NCBI GenBank assembly: GCA_002269645.1
Contig: NIVC01002798.1
Span: forward strand, 1-35,290
Source of the DNA: Macrostomum lignano
Lineage: Eukaryota
Direction of reading: 5' to 3'
DNA length: 35,290 nucleotides
Under the pieces are notes generated by a model, which had not been told where the DNA came from, made no database searches, and worked only from the letters and a program-made list of their open reading frames with translations. A program made the translations under genes and the position numbers. Below, piece after piece: positions 15,624 to 24,324 of this stretch. Positions within the stretch are counted from its first letter, which is position 1, and each line of letters begins with the position of its first letter.

Positions 15624-15733
15624 ATCTTTCTTTATCTATCTGTTGGCTAGATTAGCTTAACAATCCCCAATTTGTTTCAATTCAGACTGAACCCCATGCT
15701 CCATCATTCAGCTGAAGCTGCGCCAACCCGCAG

Positions 15734-15888
15734 GACACGATCCCCTACCCAAGCGAGTACGGCATCAACTCTCCCAGCGGCATGCAGACGGTGCTGGCAC
15801 TCAACCAGGTGCAGACCAGCCTGGCCAACACGCCCACGAAACGGTGCGAGCCGAAGGGCCGATTCCACGCCTTCGACCACCTGCTGGG
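15734..15888 (+). CDS. DEG/ENaC (ASIC/FaNaC superfamily) channel, internal exon; not in the ORF track; 5' boundary uncertain
   Basis: Translates DTIPYPSEYGINSPSGMQTVLALNQVQTSLANTPTKRCEPKGRFHAFDHLLG, matching the DEG/ENaC P-x-P-x3-G-x3-P-x-G...C palm motif. GTAAGT donor at 15889; its phase 2 matches the acceptor at 17421. Confidence 0.75.
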
Positions 15889-17421
15889 GTAAGTGGCATT
15901 GTGAATGCCCCCCTCGACTGATATGTGAGCCCGGACTGATATGTGACCTTTCAGATAGGTCGAATGTCGCCTACTTCCAAATCGATGTGACTTCACTCGG
16001 TGTGACTTCACTCCCCAAACCAACGTAGCTTCACTTCCCATCTGATTGGCTTAGATAGGATTTTCTCACTCATATTCGACTCAAACTGTTCTCTGCATCT
16101 CACAGTCCCTGACTCCTCTTGCTGAGACAAAAATGCAGTATTATAGAAGAAGACTCGAAACAGGCTTTCTCTATCAACCGGGGCAGCCGAGGTTGTCAGA
16201 CGAGAGGCTTGTTCATCGGCGTGAAAGTCCGCAGCAATGAACTGGGGCTGCCCAAATACGGCACAGCTCGTGGGATGAGCTGCGCCTGCTCGTGCGTTGA
16301 GCAGAATAACACACTTAAATAACACTTGGAGTGGGCTGGCCGCTCTCAACTGGAGGGTGCAAACAGACGGCGGAGCGACTTGCAATCCATATTTTCCCCC
16401 ACACTCTTAGCCACAACCTCTTGAGCGGCCTTGAGGGCAAGTGCAGCGGACCTTAGCCAACTAACTCAGCAGGTTGGGCTCTGACTGCGGCCGCATTGCA
16501 ATCGAACTCAAATACTGAGTAGCGAAATTTTTGGGCCGAGAGAGTGTTTAGAATTGGCGTGCGTTGCGCCAAATTTGAAAGATCTTTATGCCCAGTTCTG
16601 ACGAGTAGTTATACCCCATTTTGCTGACCCTGATCACGCACACAGGGTGAATAGTGGTCCTTGATTTTCTCTTCGTCAGGCAGTTGTACACTCTCCTCTG
16701 TGCTAAGGCTTTTGGAACTAATGGACGTTAGTTGCACGAAAAGCCCGTGCTCGAATCCCCAACAAGTTCATCGCTACCAATGGGGGAGGCGCAGAGCAGC
16801 TCAGCGGTAAATGCATTTGACTCTTCCAAAACGACCCCTGGTTCGATTCCGTGCGCGAAGTTGGCCGGAAGGTTTTCGTGCGATTCACGCCCATGATGGC
16901 ACAGAGAGTGTACATGTCTGCCGATTAGAAAGTCAGGACCGCTGTACACCCTGTGTGAGCGTGTGTGAGTGATAGAAGATTATTGTTACACAGTCAATAA
17001 GCTAAGAATGAAAAATTTGATTCCTAAAACCAATGAGTCGAGCTGTGCCATTTCTTTGATATTCAGAGAAAGTACATGTACGATTGCACGTAGGATATAA
17101 AATTAACATAGAATCCTAGTTTTCTAAACGAAAAGCTTTATAAATATCAATAGAGATATAAGAGAGGCAAGACACATCAAAAGATGAACATTGGATCTGC
17201 CTCCTATAAAAAACAATAGCAATTTTTTGCTGAAAAATGAAAACCTGCGCTTGTATCTCCGTAGTGTATTTCTTCGGTAAAACCAGCCTCCTAAAATTTT
17301 CTCAGAAACGTAGTTTCCCGTCCTTCTACTTGAGTAGTCCTAGCTCACAATGTTGCTCAATAGTCGGTGCAAAAATTGCTCAAAAGCCTGCTCAGAATCA
17401 ATACACCAATCCCAATTTCAG

Positions 17422-18260
17422 AAGCGTCACCAGCTACGAAAACCAGCTAGCTGACTGCACCACATTCGAGTACCTGAAGCTGATTCGGGACAACTGTAAA
17501 TGCACGGTCGAAGGCCTCGTTAAGTCCGAGCCAGATGGTCAGCCGCAGCTGGAATACTGCCACGACCTCCTTGGCGCTCAGAACAAGCCAGACCTGCTCA
17601 GCCTGCTGCAGCGAATCCGCAAGTTCTTTGAAACTGACCCAAGCATCGCCAACTACAGCCTGCTGGACCGCAGCACCGGCAGGATGCGCACCGACATCTT
17701 CGACCGGCTGCACCTGCCAGACAGATTCGACGCCGCTCAGCTACTGGCCGACCGATTCCCGGAGATTCAACGCCGTCTGAATCGCCTGAAATGCGCCATG
17801 CCTTATTTGAAGTCCGGCCGCAAGCAGTCCAGTTGCCTGAATATCTGCAACTACACCACCTACGACTTCTCGGTGTTCCAGAGCCGCTGGCCGGATCACA
17901 ATTTCCAAATTCGCGGCGCCCGAATCCGCTTGGCCCGCATAGCCGGCATGCTCAAGTCGCGAGTTGACGAAATCAACAAGATGATGCAGAGGAAGCTGGA
18001 CAATTATGCCAGCACCGAGCATGCGCTCAACTTTTCTATCACGCATCACAGAGTGAACCTGAGTCGCTGTCTGGACACGGAGCTGGACAGGAAGTCAGAC
18101 CTGTTCGAAGATGACGAGCACTGTGTCCAGGTGCATAACATCATCAAGCAGAGCTTCCTGCAGCTGCGGGTTTATCCGAAAACCCTTACCGTGCGGCAGC
18201 TGTTTGAGGAGCGCAGCTACGAGTTGGTGAATCTGTTCTCCGACCTAGGAGGCATCATGG
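17422..18260 (+). CDS. DEG/ENaC channel, large exon (Cys-rich thumb, knuckle, pre-TM2)
   Basis: Acceptor TTTCAG ends 17421; encodes C..CKC...CLNICNYTTYDFSVFQSRWP...FLQLRVY...YELVNLFSDLGGIM; GTGAGT donor at 18261 (phase 1). Confidence 0.92.
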
Positions 18261-18327
18261 GTGAGTAGCCACTGCTCTGGGTTGAACGCTGCTAGTAGCT
18301 CGTATGTACATGTAGGTTGCGGGTGAC

Positions 18328-18431
18328 GGAATAGAATGGATTGCTAATCTATGGATGAATGAATGCGATGGATCGCTAATCTATAGCCCTATCATGGATG
18401 AGGGAATAGAATGGATTGCTAATGTATAGCC
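18328..18431 (-). repeat. About 2.5 decayed, inverted copies of the 41-bp satellite monomer in the last DEG/ENaC intron
   Basis: GGAATAGAATGGATTGCTAATCTAT and GCTAATCTATAGCC...GGATGAGGGAATAGAATGGATTGCTAATGTATAGCC match the reverse complement of the monomer. Confidence 0.95.
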
Positions 18432-18538
18432 TGTGGGTGCAGGGATTTTAACTACACCACGTAACCCAATTGTTATGAACCCAGACATCTAGGAGTCGTG
18501 CAAAGTTACAAAAGGCCATTAAATCGCTGTCAATACAG

Positions 18539-18972
18539 GCCTCTGGATCGGCGTTTCCATGGTAACGCTATGCGAGTTCGCCGAAATCTCTCTGATCCTC
18601 TGCTCCTACTATGCCCTGTCGGTGGTGCGCCGAGTCTCAAATGCGCTGAGCTCTCGGAGAACCAACGAAGACGAAGATTACGACTATTCAACTGATTGCC
18701 ATGGAAACCATTGCGAAGCCGCCGACAAGGGCCAGCAGCGCTCGTTCGCAGCTGCCAATTCCGATCCCTGGACGGAGCTCCAATCACCGCTGCTGGTTGC
18801 TCGGCCAACTGCCGAAGGTCGGGCGGCATCGCAGAGTCCGAGCGACCGATCGGACCTCCACAGACACGACGTTGCAAGCGAGCCGCAGCTGCAGCAGTCG
18901 GCCGCGTCGGCGCCGTCTAGCCGTGCCGCCTCTCCGGACAGCCGATCGGACGGCAAAGAGACCCGACTGTGA
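18539..18972 (+). CDS. DEG/ENaC channel, terminal exon (TM2 and cytoplasmic tail)
   Basis: Acceptor ATACAG ends 18538. The splice gives LFSDLGGIMG|LWIGVSMVTLCEF, the TM2 signature with the G-x-S selectivity filter. Stop TGA 18970-18972. Confidence 0.93.
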
Positions 18973-19294
18973 AATGGACAGCTCTTTCATGACAGCCCCG
19001 CTTCCTTCCAAGCTTGCGATTGTAATCCAATAGCTCGTATACTAAAAATCTTTAACTCATATTTTAATTAAGAAGCCAGATTTTGTTCCAAGGCTCAACC
19101 TTGTGGTAGAATAGGCGCTCGGCAACTGAAGCTTCCAACTGTAAAAAGCTCGCCGCCGAACTGTCACGCACTAACTTGAGTGTTTGCGCGTTTGCAAGGC
19201 TACGAGTATTGTGCTAATTGGGGATGCTTAAATCCATGTACGAATTTCTGAATCGACCCCATTTATTCGGCTGTCGAACTCCTTATTAAAGTCG

Positions 19295-19835
19295 CTCTCT
19301 ACCCTTAATAAACTCTCTACCCTCAATCACGCCTCTCTCTATACCCTATCAGTACACCTCTCTACCCTATCAGTACACCTCTCTACCCTATCAACAAACC
19401 TCTCTCTCTACCTTATACCGGTAGCACACCTCTCTACCCATCAACACACTTCTCTACCCTATCAACACACCTCTCTCTCTACCCTATAACACACGTCTCT
19501 ACCCATCAATACACCTCTCTCTATATAGTCTATATCCTATCAACACACCTCTCGATCTCTATACCCTATCAGTACACCTCTCTACCCTATCAGTACACCT
19601 CTCTACCCTATCAACAAACCTCTCTCTCTACCTTATACCGGTAGCACACCTCTCTACCCATCAACACACTTCTCTACCCTATCAACACACCTCTCTCTCT
19701 ACCCCATAACACACGTCTCTACCCATCAATACACCTCTCTCTATATAGTCTATATCCTATCAACACACCTCTCGATCTCTATACCCTATCAACACACCTC
19801 TTTCAAATCTACGCCTCTCTACCATATCAACACAT
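19295..19835. repeat. G-poor minisatellite (about 21 bp, CTCTCTACCCTATCAACACAC) with a 220-bp higher-order duplication
   Basis: 19341-19560 is repeated at 19561-19780. Confidence 0.9.
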
Positions 19836-20450
19836 CCATGTATACACAAAGTTTTTTACTTCAATCGGCTAGCCTTCTCAAACCCTCAAGCGCTTCTTAA
19901 ACCTCATTAATCACCTCACCTTACTAGCAACTAACACGTCTCAAAGCCAACCATGCCATCCCTGGTGTCCAAAGCAAATTGTGACAGCTAAAATGCTCAG
20001 TAGGTAGCGTCTCTGGCTCGCTCAGACTGTCATCTGAACAACTTTTTTGCTTTTCCTTTACCCTATGCGTTCGCATGAACTCCTACTCTGACCAGCAGAG
20101 CAAGAAGTCAAGGTCTGCTTTGATTTAAACACAAGCTAGCAACCCAGTTATTGTCTGTTGGAGGGGTGTCAGCATCAAAAAGCAGCGCTGCGTTGCATGG
20201 CAGGCCAACAATTTTCTGATTGATAAATCTCTGTTCAATTTAACTGCGTCTGTATTGAATATGTTTGAAGTTGCATACTGAGCTATGTACACTAATTATA
20301 TTTCTGTTGAATTTTACGCATCACAGCTCAAAAATAAAAACTTAACAAGGTAGCGTTCTTCATAAAGTCTAATTCTTTCTAAAAAATTTCATCGACGACT
20401 GTACCGGTAGATACTGGCAAAAACAGATAAACAGGATGACAGGATGACAG

Positions 20451-20512
20451 AGAGACAGAGAGAGAGAGAGAAAGAGAGAGAGAGGGAGAGAGAGAGAGCG
20501 AGAACGAAAGAA

Positions 20513-20560
<48 letters not shown>
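20451..20560. repeat. Compound microsatellite (AG)n plus (GACA)n
   Basis: Directly visible. Confidence 0.95.
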
Positions 20561-21335
20561 GTGAGGAAAGTAACCTGAAAGAAAACTTCTCAGAGCTTTA
20601 TGGAAATTTGTTGCAGTTTTTCAATCCCAGAAATCTTCTTCAAAAAGCAAAAAACGCAGAAAACAGCAGTGTTTTCGTCTCTCCAAATTAATGAGAGCCA
20701 AGGGTGTGCCTCAAATTTCTTCTCAAAAAATTAATTGCAAGTCGGACAAAATGCCGTTTTGACTGAAAAGTCATGCGTTGTAACCGAACGAGCCGCCGAA
20801 GATAAAGCAGACAGCAACTTGCTACGTAAAACTTCCTCTGCGGCCGTACCGACAGTAAAATTGCAATCGAAAGAAAGAAAGAAAATGGCAGCAGCCAGAA
20901 AGTGGATCCGGGTCAATTAATCACCGAGCTTATCGATTTGGGGAATCTGGCGGGTTCGACAGCCCCCTTCCAGTAGCCTGCAGCACTCCTACCTCAGGGG
21001 GACCCGACGAGCCAGTGCAGCACATGCAAGGAGAGGAAACTCGACTAAAGCTAACAAGGTATTTCAGGAATATGACTATACGCTTGTACCGCCATCGCGG
21101 CAGCACTAAATCCGCTATATCCCCTATAGGGGAGATAGGGAATCCAGCTTGACAGGTGGACTCGTGCACTGCATGGATTTCGGCAACTGACACTTGTCAG
21201 CGAGGAGGGTGGGCGGGTCAAGTCGTGCTGGTCTGTTCAGTATACGGGGGGGTCGCTTTTCGGCTTTTCTCTTTCGGATCTTTTTGTTTAAACTATTAAA
21301 ATTATTAAATTGTTTTAAATTAGAATGGTCAGGGC

Positions 21336-21516
21336 CAGGGGCGTAGCCAAGGGGGGGTCATGGGGGTCATGACTTCCCCAGCCGGCTGACCCAGGCCAAA
21401 TTTTCAGCACCCCCCTCCCCCGTTGCAGAGGCCTAGCACCCCCTGCCCCCGGTTGCTGCCGTGAGCCTGTGACTGTGACCCCCCCCCCCAGAAGGAAATC
21501 CTGGCTGCGCCAACTG
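21336..21516. mobile_element. Non-autonomous hAT-type MITE, copy 1 (181 bp)
   Basis: TIRs CAGGGGCGTAGCCA / TGGCTGCGCCAACTG; 8-bp TSD GTCAGGGC at 21328-21335 and 21517-21524; homologous to copy 2. Confidence 0.9.
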
Positions 21517-22170
21517 GTCAGGGCTCAAATCATAGGGAATTTGTTCGTTGGGATTCTAACACGGTGTCTAGTGCTTACGAAGCGAGTTGGGACATTTATT
21601 AATCACGGAGAGCGTTTTTGGACGCTAAAAGTAGGATAATTGCAGGAATGCAGGGCTAAATTTGGTGTATCATCTTAATAGGACAACTTCAGGGAACGTA
21701 GCCAGTGGGGGAGAGGGGGCCCTTTGTTTTAAAAAAATATAGCTCCCGCCTTGCCAGCTGATTTGGACTCTTCAACTATTCTACAAACCTGAAAATTTCA
21801 TGCTAACGTAAACTCTGAAATGTGCAAACTTTGAACAACATTTGCTATTTCGACAGTACTTGTAGTAGAAACAGTACGGGTAGCAAACGAGAAATTGAAT
21901 TAAGCGTAGTACGATTTTTTTAATTATTTAAACTTCTATCGATTCCGTTCAAAATACAATCTGACTGCATCTTGAAATAAACTAATTTAAACACGAAGTT
22001 TTTAATGAAATTATCTAATTTAACTCCTATCTAATAAACTATTGATTAAAAATGATCTAATAAACTATTTATTAAAAATGAAACTTACTAAACTTCGGAC
22101 TGCGCACAATCGGACTACAACGCAGAACGCGCCGATAAAGGTCTCAATTAGTTTATCGTCTGGCTGCTTT

Positions 22171-22420
22171 ACGCTGATTGGCCGCTTGGTTTGGCAAGTT
22201 TAGATTACCCCCACTAGAATTGTTTGCACCCCGCTGTGCGCAAAACTCAACTAGCCCACCATTTCACACCCCTAGGCCTACGCTCTCGACTTTTCTCGTC
22301 ACTGATTGGCGCTTACCGACCCTGCGACTTTGGTCAGCCCAAACCAATTGGCTTAGACCGCCCTGCCACCCACATCGCCTCCATTTTCACCACACCACAG
22401 ACAACCCCATTCCTATATAG
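22171..22420 (+). promoter_or_regulatory. Putative promoter: three CCAAT boxes and a TATA-like element
   Basis: ATTGG at 22177 and 22305, CCAATTGG at 22344, TATATAG at 22414, about 200 bp upstream of the ATG at 22612. Confidence 0.4.
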
Positions 22421-22611
22421 CTCTTTTTATCATTCTAAAACAGTATAAGAAGAGATTTAGTATATTTAGAAGATTTACAGCCGACTTTTTTATCAGTTAG
22501 AAAATCGTTTACCAGACAGACCGCCCCACCTACGATCCACCGCGCTGACACTTGGACTTTCACTGCTCTCTCCTCTCCCCTAAGATAAGATACGAGCGTA
22601 ATTAGATAACC

Positions 22612-23954
22612 ATGGTCATCGTCAACAAGAACAAAGGCAACGCCGCCAGTGGCAGCGAAGCATCTTCTTCAACAAGGGCTAAAACTGTCGCAGGTCAGAA
22701 CTTTGACGATGCCGACGAAGTCGAAGTCCCACGAGCGGCTGGCGAGCAATACTATGAGGAGGCCGACGATCCCACCGAAGCCTACGCTGTTGGGCGCAAC
22801 GATTACCAATATGATGCAGCCGAGGCAGAAGAGGAAGCGGGGGCCGAAGAGGAGGCTGAAAACGAGGAAGAGGTTGTTGAATACTATGAAGAATACCATG
22901 AAGAGGTAGTTGAATACCATGAAGAATACCACGAAGAGGCTGTTGAATACCATGAAGAATACCATGAGGAATACCATGAAGAGGTAGTTGAATACCATGA
23001 AGAATACCACGAAGAGGGAGCTGAAGCCGAGGAGGAAGCCGCTGAATACGAGGAAGAGGAAGCCGCTGAATACGGAGAAGAGGAAGCCGCTGAATACGGA
23101 GAAGAGGAAGCCGCTGAATACGGAGAAGAGGAAGCCGCTGAATATGGAGAAGAGGAAGCCGCTGAATATGGAGAAGAGGAAGCCGCTGAATATGGAGAAG
23201 AGGAAGCCGCTGAATATGGAGAAGAGGAAGCCGCTGAATATGGAGAAGAGGAAGCCGCTGAATATGGAGAAGAGGAAGCTGCTGAATACGGAGAAGAAGA
23301 AGGTGAATACGAAGAAGAAGAAGGTGAATACGGAGAAGAGGAAGCTGCTGAATACGGTGAAGAAGCAGAATACGAGGAAGAGGAAGCTGTCGAATATGAG
23401 GAAGAAGAGGCTGAAGAATACGCAATCGAAGCCGCCCCCATCGCCGGACCAGATGGTGATGGAGCAACTCCGGTTTCCCCTGTGCAGCAGGCTCCTCTTG
23501 TCGTCAGATTTAACTACAGCGAGAAAAAGCGCATCGTGATGAGCCAGCTCAACTCTGTTCTGGACAACCGGGCTGAGCAGATGAGGCAGCTACAGTGTGA
23601 TGAAGAGTCTCTATCTGGCCTGACCCGAGCCGTGCACCGCATCAACCGGGCCCGACTGTGCCACGTCGGTTGCAAGCCGGTCACCTGTCGTGACGAATAT
23701 TGCATGGCAGCCCAGAGGCTCGCCCAGCGATTCGCCAACTACGAAGCTCAGTACGGCTTTAACTCTAGGCTGCAGACTGAACTGCAGAGCTACTCGGCTG
23801 TGTTGATGCTTGACAACGAATACGAGCAGCCGATGCTAATCCTTGACGAGGAAGAGGACGGCGACGAGACTGTCGGCCTGGTGGCCAGCCGCATCGAGTT
23901 CGAGGACTTCGATCAGCTGCCTGTGGAATCTGTCAATATGTGGTACCAAATTGA
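22612..23954 (+). CDS. Exon 1 of a roughly 526-aa protein: acidic E/Y/A repeat plus degenerate TAZ1-like and start of KAT11 HAT-like region
   Basis: 448-aa ORF with ACCATGG start context; GTGAGT donor at 23955 overlaps the ORF-track stop; phase 2 matches the acceptor at 24086. Confidence 0.85.
22870..23420 (+). repeat. Coding tandem repeats: EEYH/VV block followed by 11 x 24-bp (AAEY[G/E]EEE)
   Basis: Units start at 23041 and recur every 24 bp to 23281. Confidence 0.95.
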
Positions 23955-24086
23955 GTGAGTTTTTTATGCAAATCCCTAAACGCTAGTTTATCTGTCTCGA
24001 TGTATAATTCAGTATGTCTAATATCCTTATTTCTATATTCTACTTAAAACCTAAAACAGTGTACGCACACTACTCTCTACCTGCAG

Positions 24087-24324
24087 GACCCCAATCGAAT
24101 TCCTGGTTGCCTCGCAGGACGACGAGCAGAGGAAGTGCGCCTTCCACTACATGCAGCTGCTAGACTGCGCCAGCAAGCGAGTCGGCTGGTCGGCCGTCCA
24201 TGTGGGCCCGGACACATCGTCCGGAGTAGCTTACGCCGTGGCCGTGTTTGACCACATGATCATGAACGTGGCTGACCCTCTGGCGGCTGTGCCGCGCAAG
24301 GTGGACTCGACAACCTTTGAGTAG
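24087..24324 (+). CDS. Exon 2 of the same gene (CBP/p300 HAT-like fragment); not in the ORF track
   Basis: Acceptor CTCTCTACCTGCAG; open frame TPIEFLVASQDDEQRKCAFHYMQLLDCASKRVGWSAVHVGPDTSSGVAYAVAVFDHMIMNVADPLAAVPRKVDSTTFE, stop TAG 24322-24324; GC-rich codon style. Confidence 0.8.

Noticed and set aside
15672-16028. 118-aa ORF from the track as a gene
   Set aside because: The DEG/ENaC motif lies in a different frame; this is a shadow ORF.
15889-17421. Transposon or nested gene in the channel intron (ORFs 16008-16385, 16728-16949)
   Set aside because: No recognisable domain, TIRs or TSDs; only short local direct repeats (GACTGATATGTGA x2).
17237-17421. N-terminal 62 aa of the 343-aa ORF
   Set aside because: AT-rich sequence upstream of a phase-matched acceptor; most likely intron.
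20731-21193. Short ORFs in intergenic DNA
   Set aside because: No motifs or splice-phase support.
22649-23539. Antisense and alternative-frame repeat ORFs (YSAASSSP, IQRLPLLH, KRKPLN)
   Set aside because: By-products of a 24-bp repeat lacking stops; only the frame starting at 22612 has Kozak context and a splice continuation.
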